Assembly: GCA_021613535.1 (NCBI GenBank)
Contig: CP075497.1
Span: forward strand, 13,082,001 to 13,146,000
Direction of reading: 5' to 3'
DNA length: 64,000 nt
DNA from: Adineta vaga
Taxonomy: Eukaryota > Animalia > Rotifera
Shown here in pieces: positions 12,006 to 23,587 of the stretch. Numbering within the stretch: position 1 is the stretch's first letter; each line of letters begins with the position of its first letter. The position numbers and the translations under genes were made by a program. The notes below the pieces were generated by a model. That model did not search any database and was not told where the DNA came from. It was given only the letters and a program-made list of their open reading frames with translations.

Positions 12006-14471
12006 ATGTATTCCAATGGAACGTGGAACGTAAACGTAGATAAATTGGTAAGAAGCGACTGTGTCCATCGAAGGTCGTTCATCTACCCCACTGCAGATAC
12101 CCATGGCGAACAATGCTCGTTACGAAGCTTTTCTCTCGTCGAGTTGAATTCCCACATCGACCAATCGAGCGAAGATTATTTGGATTTTACGACACAACTA
12201 CGATGGACTAACAGCACTTTAATCACGTTCACTACTGTTGACGAATGCATTGATTTTCTTGTTAAGAACAAAAGTGAACGGATCTTCGTTATTCTATCCG
12301 ATAAGCTCGGAGAAACGATAGTGCCTCGCATTCATGATCTAAATCAACTTGATTCGATATTTATTTTTGACAAAACTCAAACATCGCATCAAGAATGGAT
12401 AAAAAACTGGCAAAAAGTGAGAGGTGCACACTGCCAATTAACTTCAATTTGTAACTCTTTAATATCCATCATGCGGCAACGTAGCCAAAATGTTGTTCCT
12501 ATTAGTTTGGCATCGGCTGATATTGGATCGAAGACGAGTTTGGACGAACTTGATCATACCTTCATGTACACTCAATTACTGAAAGAAAGTTTATTAGATA
12601 TTGACCATGACAACACTGAATGCGTTCACAAGTTTGCTGACTATTGGAGACTTCAATGTCCGTATAACACATCTGAAATTGCTAAATTTGAAAAGGAATA
12701 TCCTCTTCACAGTTCGACTTGGTGGTATTCTAAAGCACCATTTCTTTTTGAGAAGATTAATGAAGCTTTACGTACTCTTGATGTCGATGTTACATTGAAA
12801 ATTGCTTTCTTTATGTGTCATCTCCATCGAAATATTCAACAGATTCACTTGGAACAGTCCAGTAAACATGAAAAATCATTTACAGTGTACCGTGGACAAG
12901 GTCTATCAATGGCAGACTTCGAAAAGTTGAGAAAAGTAAAAGGTGGACTGCTCTCATTCAATAATTTCTTGTCCACGAGCAAGGATGATGAAGTCGCGTT
13001 TATGTTCACTGAGAGCAATATAAACGGAACCGATTTAATTGGCATTCTCTTCAAAATCAACGTTAATTCGGCAGACTCATCGATTCCTTATGCTTTCCTA
13101 CGAAGTGGTCTCAGCGGTCATCTATCCGAAAAAGAAGTTCTTTTTTCGATGCATACTGTCTTTCGTATTGGTGAGATCGAACAAATTGGAGATAATAACC
13201 GGCTTTGGCGCGTCAATCTCACTGCGACTCATGACAGAGATCCGCAGCTTAGCGCTCTTACTGATCGATTGGAGGAAGAGACTCAAAGAGGATCGAAAGG
13301 ATGGTCTCGACTGGGCAAAGTGCTACTTAAACTTGGCGAAGCCCATAAAGCCGAAGAATTATACCAATTATTACTCAATGAAGAATCTAATGAAACCGAA
13401 AAAGCCGTTTTTTACAGTCTGATTGGATATTGTAAAGTAGACCAAGGAAAAGTGGGTGAAGCAATCAAATTTTACGAAAACGCAGTTGAAATTGGCGAGA
13501 AAAATCTCCATCCATATGATCACGCTTTGGCGATTTTTTTTAATAATCTGGCCTCGGCGTATGGAAGAATAAGCAAGCATTCCAAAGCACTCGCTCTATA
13601 TGAAAAAGCCCGGGAAATATATGGTAAGAAACCGGATGATAAAAATGAATTATTAGCAATAACTTATAATAATATGGCTTTCACTTACGATCGTATGGGC
13701 CAATACGAACAGGCTTTATTCTTTTATGAAGAAGACCTAAATATCAGCCAAAATATGCTTCCTTCAAACCATCCCGACTCGGCGATTACTTACGGTAATA
13801 TCTGCTTAGTATACAACAATCTGCATAAATATGCTGAAGCGCTCGACTCTATCAAAAAAGCACTTGAAATTCAGGAGAAGATTCTTCCATCAAATCATCC
13901 CGATTTAGCTACTAGCTACAACAACACTGGTTTCGTTTATGCTAGTTCAAAAAATTATTCAAAAGCACTTCCATTCTATGAAAAAGCTTTGGTAATTCGG
14001 GAAAAAATGAATCCGCCAAACTATTCCGATTTAGCCCAATCTTATAACAATATGGGAGACTATTACCACCATCATGAGAAAAATTATGATAAAGCACTTT
14101 CCTTTTATAAAAAAACACTTGAAATTCGACAAAGTGCTGATCCTCAACACCCACATGATTTATATATCTGTCATAATAACATTGGTCTAGTGTATACCGA
14201 CATGAATAAGCATTCTGAAGCACTTTCCTTGTTTGAAGAAGCAAAGAAATTTCTGAGGAAAACCGTTCGTGAAGGTCATCCTGATTATGCTATCTTATAC
14301 AGCAACATCGGAGGTACGCTGACAAGAATAGGTCATTATCGAGCAGCACTTTTACGTTACAACAAGGTATTAGAAATTCGAAAAAACATATTACCTGCAA
14401 ACGATCCCAAACTATTAATCTGCTATGCTAGAATTGCCATACTGTGTTACAAATTAACTAATCAGGGATAA
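12006..14471 (+). CDS. ADP-ribosyltransferase-TPR protein (receiver-like N-domain, R-S-E ART, kinesin-light-chain-type TPR array)
   Basis: VYRGQG, FNNFLSTS, SEKEVLF followed by about 9 TPRs (e.g. HPDLATSYNNTGFVY). Single open frame; true start uncertain. Confidence 0.9.
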   Translation: MYSNGTWNVNVDKLVRSDCVHRRSFIYPTADTHGEQCSLRSFSLVELNSHIDQSSEDYLDFTTQLRWTNSTLITFTTVDECIDFLVKNKSERIFVILSDKLGETIVPRIHDLNQLDSIFIFDKTQTSHQEWIKNWQKVRGAHCQLTSICNSLISIMRQRSQNVVPISLASADIGSKTSLDELDHTFMYTQLLKESLLDIDHDNTECVHKFADYWRLQCPYNTSEIAKFEKEYPLHSSTWWYSKAPFLFEKINEALRTLDVDVTLKIAFFMCHLHRNIQQIHLEQSSKHEKSFTVYRGQGLSMADFEKLRKVKGGLLSFNNFLSTSKDDEVAFMFTESNINGTDLIGILFKINVNSADSSIPYAFLRSGLSGHLSEKEVLFSMHTVFRIGEIEQIGDNNRLWRVNLTATHDRDPQLSALTDRLEEETQRGSKGWSRLGKVLLKLGEAHKAEELYQLLLNEESNETEKAVFYSLIGYCKVDQGKVGEAIKFYENAVEIGEKNLHPYDHALAIFFNNLASAYGRISKHSKALALYEKAREIYGKKPDDKNELLAITYNNMAFTYDRMGQYEQALFFYEEDLNISQNMLPSNHPDSAITYGNICLVYNNLHKYAEALDSIKKALEIQEKILPSNHPDLATSYNNTGFVYASSKNYSKALPFYEKALVIREKMNPPNYSDLAQSYNNMGDYYHHHEKNYDKALSFYKKTLEIRQSADPQHPHDLYICHNNIGLVYTDMNKHSEALSLFEEAKKFLRKTVREGHPDYAILYSNIGGTLTRIGHYRAALLRYNKVLEIRKNILPANDPKLLICYARIAILCYKLTNQG

Positions 14472-14791
14472 TATTCGACTGAATAATTAAGACGGAGAAA
14501 CATTCAGAAACGTTTCATTATGTAGAATGATACCACTAAAAACTGCATTTACTTCTATCATTAATAAAGGTTAAAATTGTGAGTTCTAACTTATCTGATG
14601 ACTTGAAAATTTGATTTTTCAAAACATACACTCTTGGAGAATAGATGGTCGAAATTATCGACATGTAGAATTTATTACACTGAGCTTTTATCACAATTCG
14701 CAATATGCAGTGAATATGCCGTCATAGAGTGTTAGATTTTCTATCGTATGTTAGTTTCAATTAGAACTGAATAAAAACATAATTGATCGCT

Positions 14792-16828
14792 TTACCATTT
14801 TCCTTCATGGGTACTTTTATTTATGCGTAGTTGTATTTTTGGAGTGCGAAGATATGCACGACTGTGTTCGAATAGACAACCCCATGGTAACGGATATTTA
14901 GCGGTATCAACACCAATTGCTTGTGTCCATTTAGTTCTTCGATTGACTAACTTAAATTTATACGCATCGCAATCGATCGTTAATTCTAATATATCATTGA
15001 TTTCCCACAAGTCTTGATCAGACAGAAGTGGTGCACCAAATTTGATTTGAATGCGTGAAATGTCATTGTAGTCATGGATCATCTTCATGTAAAATTGAAG
15101 TGTTTTACTTTCACAAGATAATATTTGGAATTCAATTCGATGAACACCAGCTGAATATTTCAAACACGTGGCGCCATACTGCCGAGAACTCTCCCAGCTA
15201 ATGACTTTTCCATACTCTGATACTCTTCTGACATCATTATAATATGGTGCTCGTATCCCATTTTCATCACATCCAAACGCGACAAATCGTTCCTCGTTGT
15301 CTTCTGTTCCACATCGATGGCAATATTGTACTGTATCATGAAGATTATCTTCGATGTTTACAAGCTCTGTTCTTATTAACTTTCTGTCATAGTAGTGAAG
15401 AATACTAAAATTAGTTGGTAATTTGGAATATGTTTTGTTTGGATCTAAAGTGTCATTACGAAGGATAAATTTGACATTATCTTTCCTTGAATGCATAAGA
15501 TCAGTAAATTTCCTCATGAAAAGTCTCCACCTGGCATCATCATTGACTATTAAATGATCATTGATAACACCAATAAATAGATCTTGTTCTTTCTCGCCAT
15601 ATTTACAGATCATGAGACTCTCCGTAGTATGGCTATCAACTAAAATGCATCCACGATCTGATGCAATGCGAAGAAAATGAATTTGTTCGTTTTGAGGATA
15701 GCTTTCTTTGTACATTTGGACAAGTTTATCAAAAGAAGTATTGATTTGTTCAAGAAATGCCCTTTCCTGCATGTCATTACTGCGAACTTTCACCAAATTT
15801 TGGCTTAACATTTCGCGATACGCAACATGAGCATCAAGCAGCTCAGCATACCGTTTTTCGACGCTTTTACATGTTGCATCTGAAATGCAAACTGAAACAC
15901 CTTCGTATATTTCATAGTAATCAGCATATTTCTGTTGTATTTTAAGTAAATGATCCGCATTTGATTGAATTTTGAATAAAGTCCCTTGACTTACAAGCCA
16001 ACTGTCCAAACCATCGACAGATATTTTCAATTGACGTTTGAGATTGTTGATCGGATAAAGAATATATTCAATTGGCTTAGCATGTAAAACAATTTTTTCC
16101 ATGGATTTTGGCAGATCTTTAAAAAATGCTAAACTCTCGTCAACAGTTTGTGGTAGTTGATTGGTAAACTTGATATCGGTGTAGATTTTAACATGAAATG
16201 AATTCTTACTTATTGTCGACGTTTGTTTATATTCTGCACCGGCTTCAACCGAGCCGGACGAAAGAGCTTTCACTTCGGCTAGCATAACTTTCAATTTACC
16301 TTCGACTTCACATTTGTTTTCATTCTTTTCGACGCGCCTTTCGAAGCTTGCACTGACACAGAAACCATAAATAACACCGATAACGATATGCGTGGCTTCG
16401 TTCGGTTGTCGTTTAAATGTAATCAATTCGTTTAATTTCTTGTTGTTATTTAGAATGGCTTCTTTGAATTGTTTTGATCGGATTGTTTCACGGTAGAAAA
16501 TTGACGCTTGGACAATATGACTCGTTTTCGGGGATTCTGTTAAGAATTTGAACGAACCACTCGGTTTCGCCAGATCAGATAAAATACTCGCAGATAAATC
16601 CAGACCAATTTTAAATTTGTTAAATTTATCAGTCATCGTATCACGAAAACTATGCTCATAAACAGTGCTTGTGCAAGGCGAGGTGTCCAAGATATTGTCA
16701 TCTAATGCAACTCCAGTTTTTAAGCAGGAATGCATTAAAAACCGATCGCGTCGCATGTCATAATAAGAACCAATATCATGATTTGAATCGTCTAACGCTT
16801 GTCGATTTATATAATCGTTCGCTAACAT
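14792..16828 (-). CDS. Stonustoxin/verrucotoxin-like MACPF/CDC-type protein with C-terminal SPRY-like domain
   Basis: RQALD..IGSYYDMRRDRF, EATHIVIGVIYG, LPQTVDESLAFFKDLP and AKPIEYILYPI resemble the stonustoxin N-terminal motifs (ALG..LG.LYD.R.D, ATHVV..I.YG, P.T..EA......LP, A.P....L.PL). A helical region and a beta-rich YSAGVHRIEF..DILELTIDCD..PLPW domain follow. Coding region has no introns. Confidence 0.75.
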   Translation of the reverse strand: MLANDYINRQALDDSNHDIGSYYDMRRDRFLMHSCLKTGVALDDNILDTSPCTSTVYEHSFRDTMTDKFNKFKIGLDLSASILSDLAKPSGSFKFLTESPKTSHIVQASIFYRETIRSKQFKEAILNNNKKLNELITFKRQPNEATHIVIGVIYGFCVSASFERRVEKNENKCEVEGKLKVMLAEVKALSSGSVEAGAEYKQTSTISKNSFHVKIYTDIKFTNQLPQTVDESLAFFKDLPKSMEKIVLHAKPIEYILYPINNLKRQLKISVDGLDSWLVSQGTLFKIQSNADHLLKIQQKYADYYEIYEGVSVCISDATCKSVEKRYAELLDAHVAYREMLSQNLVKVRSNDMQERAFLEQINTSFDKLVQMYKESYPQNEQIHFLRIASDRGCILVDSHTTESLMICKYGEKEQDLFIGVINDHLIVNDDARWRLFMRKFTDLMHSRKDNVKFILRNDTLDPNKTYSKLPTNFSILHYYDRKLIRTELVNIEDNLHDTVQYCHRCGTEDNEERFVAFGCDENGIRAPYYNDVRRVSEYGKVISWESSRQYGATCLKYSAGVHRIEFQILSCESKTLQFYMKMIHDYNDISRIQIKFGAPLLSDQDLWEINDILELTIDCDAYKFKLVNRRTKWTQAIGVDTAKYPLPWGCLFEHSRAYLRTPKIQLRINKSTHEGKW

Positions 16829-18136
16829 ATGTAATAATTAAAAACGTTCTCTAAACATATTCAAATAAACACACGTTCTGAGGAATGTGTTACTAAAAAT
16901 ACCCTTCTATTAATATATTCCCGCGTTATTTATCGCATACTTTAGAGAAAAACTAGTCAACATTGTGGTGATTATCGGGCTAACATGGAGGGTAAACTTT
17001 TGATTTAACTTTCTCATGAAATGTCGTTATCGACTACGAGAGTATTTTAAAACAATGCCTGTTGACTATACTGACATCGATAAAAAGATATGAGATTTCA
17101 CTCTGCTTCTTTTTCGTAAGCTGTTTATGACATCGTATTGCATAAAAGTAATAAACCGTATATGCACACATCATACACATTGGAAGAATGGAAAAAAATA
17201 ATTGTGTAAAGAGCATAAAATTTCTTGATGACTCTCACCTTCAACCACACTTTCGTCAAAGTCTATGAAATTTCCAATTTATTTCATTGGTTTCGCGTCT
17301 CTTACACAAAAAATAATGAAAATGAGAAATTGCTGAGCAAAGTTCATAATAGAACTCCTACATAGTATCTAAATAAGTTAATAGAATTTCGACTTGCATA
17401 GTGCCTTGTTCTTCAAAATTAAAGATGGTTTACACGAAGTTTCTTTCTACATTTCGAGCTGATCGGAATTTTACCTTGCTCATAATGATCTTTAGCTGAA
17501 ATGCTATTATACTTTTATTTGTACTGAAAAATAAAACATTCTTCTGTATATCCAAATCTACTTTGACGGTAAAAGTAAATCTCGTCTCAGTGAACACCTT
17601 CATCAAATACTAAAAGGTTATCCAAAGAAGCAAAATGTCTTTTTCTACCAGCTAACTTTTTCCAATGGTCATTTGCTTGATCTAAACTCATCTGATCATC
17701 TAAATAACTTGATATTTGTTCGATGATGAATAGTGGTGAAACATTCACAGTTGAAAAAAATCGAATTGATATAATACAAAGATCATCTTCAATCGTAACT
17801 TAATGTAATACCTTATACGATATATCAAGATCTTCTGTATTGTAGTTGAGGTGTATTTGATTTGATTTCTCATCCGAATAAACTAAATAAAGGAGTAAAA
17901 CGTTGAAAAACTCGCTCAATAATATGACTCAATTGTCACTTAGCTAGTTATTGAAATGTGAAATTTTTATCTTTTTAACAAAAGCTTTCGCATATATATC
18001 GTTAATATATTCGATAAAATCACCAAGATCAATGATGCGATTTTCATTGCTGATAATTTTTGTTATTGAATGAACAAACAAGAATAAAGATGAACGAACT
18101 AAATGATTTTCTCCGAAATTCCCTAATCTTTGAATA

Positions 18137-18455
18137 TGTGGGTGTGGGTGTGGGTGGGTGGGTGTGGGTGCGGAAGAAGGTTTAAAACACCCACACCCAC
18201 ACCCTCACACACACCCTCAAGAGGGTGAGGGTGTAGGTATTTCTTCTTCTTTCAAATCCACAGCGACATCCACCCACACCCACCCTCAGGTTTTGTGGAG
18301 AGAATTCCGAAAAAGCTTGGTCATAAAGAACAGATATTCTAAAAAGCCAGGTTATGGATGGGATTGATGTGTAAATATGCTACCCACACCCACCCCTCAA
18401 GAAAGTCTAGGATAACAGGTGATCAAGAGCTAATGGTGTGAATGTGGGTGAGGAT
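18137..18455. repeat. Cluster of three inverted telomeric-repeat units plus a lone arm
   Basis: Units at about 18137-18221, 18221-18288 and 18351-18401, two ending CCCTCAAG. Confidence 0.9.
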
Positions 18456-18822
18456 AAAGATGTTATGATGGTTCAATGCTTACTGTTAGTAACATATATA
18501 ATTTGTTCATAAAAAAAAATGCGAAGTGAATAAACTTGTTTAGTCACGATAAAAAAATAATGCAACAATCGACTGTTGTCGATAGTAAGAGAGACTTGGA
18601 AAAAGAGCTTAAATCTATTTCGTGTACTTTTAACAGATAATCTATTGATATTTTACTTCGATTCCATATAATTATATTTCGCATAAAACATTTATTAGAG
18701 TCGCCATCTATAAAGATACAATACAGATGGATATCATTTTTCCTTTCTTCTTAATTAAATTTTTCGTGTTGTTTCGATATTAACTTAACTGTTATTCATA
18801 GTAGATTATACCTCATTGAAAT

Positions 18823-20719
18823 ATGAAAGGCTCAAAGCGAATAGAAAGTAATTATGTTAATGAAAGTAAAAAGAAAAAATTGAACAGTAAGTTTTTAATG
18901 AATATTTCTATATCATTTAAAATTTTATTCATTTAGTCAAAACAGGTGATTCAGACAGGTTAGTTTTCTGAGAATATTTTGATGAAAAATTTGTTCCTCT
19001 TTTTTTTCTCAGTTCATTAACTCGTTTTGAAAATCTTCTCAAAAATACTACTCGTCCTATTCATATCAACATGTCATCAATGTCGAAATTAAATTTTCAA
19101 AATTATCATACAAATATGATTAGATCAAATATTAATCGAATAAAATCTCTGCATTTATCAAATCTATTTTCTATTGATTTATTTTTCACAAAAGATATTC
19201 TGACATCAAAATTAATTCGACTTGAACATCTTATTTTAAATGAGATTAAAATTTTATCAATCTTCTTCCTTATTTAATATCTTTACCTTGTCTATCTTCA
19301 TTAGTAATCTCTTGTATAAATGAAAATAAAAGTATAAAGAATTTTTATTATGGCATATTGTGTTTACCAATGTTAAAATATTGTAAAATATCCTTGAACG
19401 AATAATTACTCATAGAATCACCATTATCTATTTCAATAAATGAATTTAGTCCAATTGAACATCTGATTATCAATAATAAATTAGAAATAAGTGAATTAAA
19501 TGCACTTTTATCATATCTTCCTCAACTTCGTCGTTTATCTATCGATAGTTTATATCAATCAAATGATCCAATAATTCCATTTTCAATACAAACAAATTAT
19601 TTAACACATGTATCTCTATATCTAACAGATATTTCTTTTGATCAATTTGAAATATTCATTAAAAATATTTCTCATCAACTTCAAGTTTTATATATTACAA
19701 TAGATAATGATACAACATATTTAGATGCAGATCGATGGGAAAAATTAATTGTATCTTCTATGCCGTATTTACGAATTTTTAATATTCATTGTGAATATTT
19801 TTCAAAAGAAGAACTCGTGATCGAATCATTATTTCTTCTCAATTCTGGCTTGATCGATAATGGTTCTTTACATCTACTGCTGAATCATCAACAGATAATG
19901 ATCGTTATCGAGTTCTGTTTTTCACAAATCCATACAGGTATTACAGAAAATATTGTTTTAACCGGATATATATATATATATAGTTTATTTTTACTTTGAA
20001 GGAATAAAATCTATACATTATATGGAAGTCCACATATAAATATGTTATCAAATCGTCAGAAAATGAATATGAATTCAGTTCAACATCTTGATATTAGAGA
20101 AGAACAAAAGATTGATGATGATGATGATGGTAGAAATTATTTTCCAAATGTTACTGAACTCACTCTTGCTTATGATGATATTAATGTAGATGGAAATCAT
20201 CTTTCGATTATTCTTAGTCATATTATTCCTTTAGTACAACTTACCAAACTAAATATTGATGCTGACTCATTTCCATTCGAAACAATGCTTCAACTCTTAT
20301 ATTCAACATTAAATATTCATACTTTAACTCTCAATCGTATCAATTTTGATAGCATAAATTTCATATCGATTAAACAAACTGAATTTTTTCAATTAATATC
20401 AAATAAAAATCAAATTAAGAATTTAGATATTGATGCATTGTATGCATGTGAACAAATCAAATTACTTATTCATCTTTGTCCTCAATTAGAATGTCTTAGA
20501 ATGCAGTCAGCAATTGATGATTTTGACGAAATTTTACGATATCTCTTATTGAAAGATAACAGCAATATTCGATGTTTATTTTTTATAAGTATCGTCAATT
20601 TATCTTCAGAAGATATTGCAAATATAGAGACTATGATGAAATCAAAGGAAACTGTTGATGATTACATAGTGAGAAGCATAACGCAAGATTTTGATCATGA
20701 AATCTATTTGTTGCGATGA
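18823..20719 (+). pseudogene. F-box/LRR family gene, frameshifted
   Basis: Typical family segments (RIKSLHLSNLFSID, SPIEHLIIN, YLPQLRRL, YLDADRWEKLI, FPNVTEL) are spread over several frames, with introns. Confidence 0.7.
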
Positions 20720-20842
20720 TGACCGTTGTATAACATTTTTCATTTTTATTTAAATAGATTTTGTTCTTTTTTTTCTTCTTTCTCATCTATTGTACGCCGT
20801 GAAGGGTTGATTTTTGTTGTTTAACCATATAGAATAAATCAT

Positions 20843-20905
20843 CATCTGAGGGTGTGGGTGTATGTGTATCTTCTCTATACCAACACCTTCACCTACACAC
20901 TCTCA
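20843..20905. repeat. Inverted telomeric-repeat unit
   Basis: CATCTGAGGGTGTGGGTGT...CACCTACACACTCTCA. Confidence 0.8.
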
Positions 20906-21289
20906 TTTATAATGAAATTCAAAGTGGCGATTTCGAAAGAAAATGATTGTTCCTAAATGTTACTAATACATCAAATTTATTACGAAGATTACTGGTGTAC
21001 TATAACAGCAACTTCAGATTTATTTTTTTCTTCATGAATAGTTCAAAGTTGACGATAATAATATTATGAAATTTTATTCTCGCATGATTCTACTTTTTCA
21101 ATTGATGGTACAATGAAAGAAAATTGTTTTGAATTTAAAATACAGATAAATATATATCTTATTTTATATTCTTAATTTGAGTTCTCATGATTACATATTG
21201 AATAACGCATGAGTCCATTTTCTTTTTATAATTTTATACTAAACCAGACGTTCTTGATTCATATACATAAAACTTAACAAAGATTGGTC

Positions 21290-21480
21290 AGGCACTGGTA
21301 TACTTTGTAGAAGGTTCGTTATTCGTTGCTTCAATTACATTCAATACTTTGAATAATGCTTACGGTAAAATAAGCACTTCCTCTTCATCTGGATATTGCG
21401 ATAATGGTGGTAGATTTTCTGAAACACATGTCAGATCGGTAGCTGTGTTACATGGATTGGAAAATTCAAATATAAATATC
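21290..21480 (-). pseudogene. ADP-ribosyltransferase C-terminal exon remnant
   Basis: Minus-strand translation IFIFEFSNPCNTATDLTCVSENLPPLSQYPDEEEVLILP*ALFKVLNV contains the ExE motif and an in-frame stop. Confidence 0.7.
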
Positions 21481-21893
21481 TGAATGATTTATGAATATTT
21501 ACTCGATTTATAAATCCATCTTATTTATAAATGAATACTTTTGTAAATAAATGCCAGTATGTTATATAAGTATTGAACCAGTTCACGTTTTCATTTACAA
21601 AATAAACACGATATTTACACAATCAATATATGTTGATTCGATTTAGAAAATTGTCGAATGATATGTAAGCAGTTCATTCGATGCATTCTTTGTTTATATA
21701 ATACAGTTCTAAGAAACAATGATTCACAAATAAAAATGATCCCATGAAATGTAACATGAGCATCAAACAAAATCTATCTAAAAGAGTAACAAACGAAAAA
21801 GCAAGTTAATGTAGATAAAGTGATTAAGTTATTTTCACCATTTTACGTGTCAATATCAGTAAAAAACATCCCGATGCCGGAATATGATTTTCA

Positions 21894-22011
21894 GTGTGGG
21901 TGTTTTTATTATCCATCCACACCCATACCCACACCCAAACCCACATCCACACTCACACCCACACCCACACCCACACCCACACCCACACCCACACCCACCC
22001 TCACCCTCAAG
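21894..22011. repeat. Inverted telomeric-repeat unit with a long C arm
   Basis: GTGTGGGTGT, spacer, then (CACACC)n ending CCCTCACCCTCAAG. Confidence 0.95.
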
Positions 22012-23203
22012 AAATATTAAATAAGAGAAAAAGAAAACAAAAATGTATTCCACATCAATCTTGTTTTATTTCCTTTGTAATTAATTATCATCATCTCTAT
22101 AATTTCGTATTTTTTTTACTCAACTCGTTAAACTGAGTAATCAGTGGGAAAAAACTAATTACTAAACAATCAGTATCGCGAGCGCATGATATTCCACTTA
22201 CATTGAATTTCATTCTTCATTTCATTTTTTTCTCTGTAAATAAAATAATTAACGTTGAGTTAACTTTCAATCTAACAGAAAAGAATTGTCGTTGATAATT
22301 TAATAAAAATTTATTGTGTCAGTTGTTTAGTTCAGATGGAATTTGTAATCATTTAGATTTTTTTCATATCGAAATAATATATGGAAAAATAGACAGATAT
22401 TTTTCTTTAGAAAATATTTCTGTCGATACTTTTATTTTGATATGGCAAAAAGATTTTCTATTGAAAATGAATCTATGAAATTATCGAAGGAGAATATAAT
22501 GATGAAAGTCTCTTCAGTTTTTCAAGAAAAAGAAAATAATGAGTTTTTTGTTTCTTTAAAATAAAACGAAGAAAGATATTTTGAGAACATTAATTAGAAT
22601 TCAGTGTATAGAGTAAATCATTTTTCTTCATATAGTAAAACAAGAGTTGATCAATCATTTTCAGATTTATCTTAATCAATTCGAATTAATTGTTAACTGA
22701 ATATTTAAACATTCAGTTATCGACAAACCGTTTGATATATTCAGATTCGGAATGAATCGTAAGTATTCTTTTGAATTCTTTTCGTTGCATATCAACTTTG
22801 TTTACAAGAGCAGTTTTTTTGTCAACAAGTTAATCTCTGATAAACTGTGTTTATCGACTGTTGTATGGATGTTGAAAAACACAATATCTAAGAATGCTTT
22901 TCAATGGACTCAAAAATGAAATTGATTTAGCTTATAATGTTTATTTGTAGAAAATGTTATTCTGAGAAAGAGCAAAAGTAGGTACAGATCTAAGTGCCAA
23001 TTAAGCTGAGACGTAGAGGTCTTGAAGAAAATTTTATTGCAAAATCTTATTTTTCTCTTAAGATTATGTCGTCGGAACTTGATCTAAAACTTGTCCCAAA
23101 TGAATCGCTCAATCAAACTGACTTGAAAATGAAACTTTAGACAATCTAGACATATTACTGTCGATATAAAAATGTTTCAAAATATATACGTTGTACATTT
23201 AGT

Positions 23204-23587
23204 CACGGGTTTACCATGGGGGAAGACGCGTGAGGCGTCACGTTCTTTCTACTCTCAGAAATTTTGATTTTTTTACTGCTAAATGTGAACGAAAGAAGGT
23301 GTTGCGCCCCTCCCCTTGCTTCCAGGAATTGGAAGGCGCGTGAGATATTGAACCTCCGAAACTTCCGAAAAATAAAGTCTGGTTTCTGTAGGCTGTATCA
23401 GAAGCTGGAGGAGGGTATAGCGTTTTTTCTTGTCGTCACTTTGGCTTTTTAGGGAAGTTTTCTGTAACGCTCCTGCTCACTTTCGAATTTTCTGCTGTTC
23501 GAAAATAAAAAAAAAAGTTTTCATACTAAATTTAAACTAAAATTGGTGCTGCGTCCCCCCATCCTCAACACTATGGTACGTCCCTGA
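23204..23587. mobile_element. Possible degenerate non-autonomous DNA transposon
   Basis: Imperfect inverted ends CACGGGTTTACCATGG and CTATGGTACGTCCCTG, with GC-rich subterminal blocks in AT-rich DNA. Confidence 0.35.

Noticed and set aside
17330-18070. Decayed coding-like sequence on the minus strand (e.g. DDQMSLDQANDHWKKLAGRKRHF)
   Set aside because: Too many stops and no recognisable family, so no supportable call.
21820-22136. ORFs with PTPTPT, HTHTHT or GCGCGC runs (also 11520, 18158, 35535, 57492, 59992)
   Set aside because: They are translations of the telomeric hexamer, not proteins.
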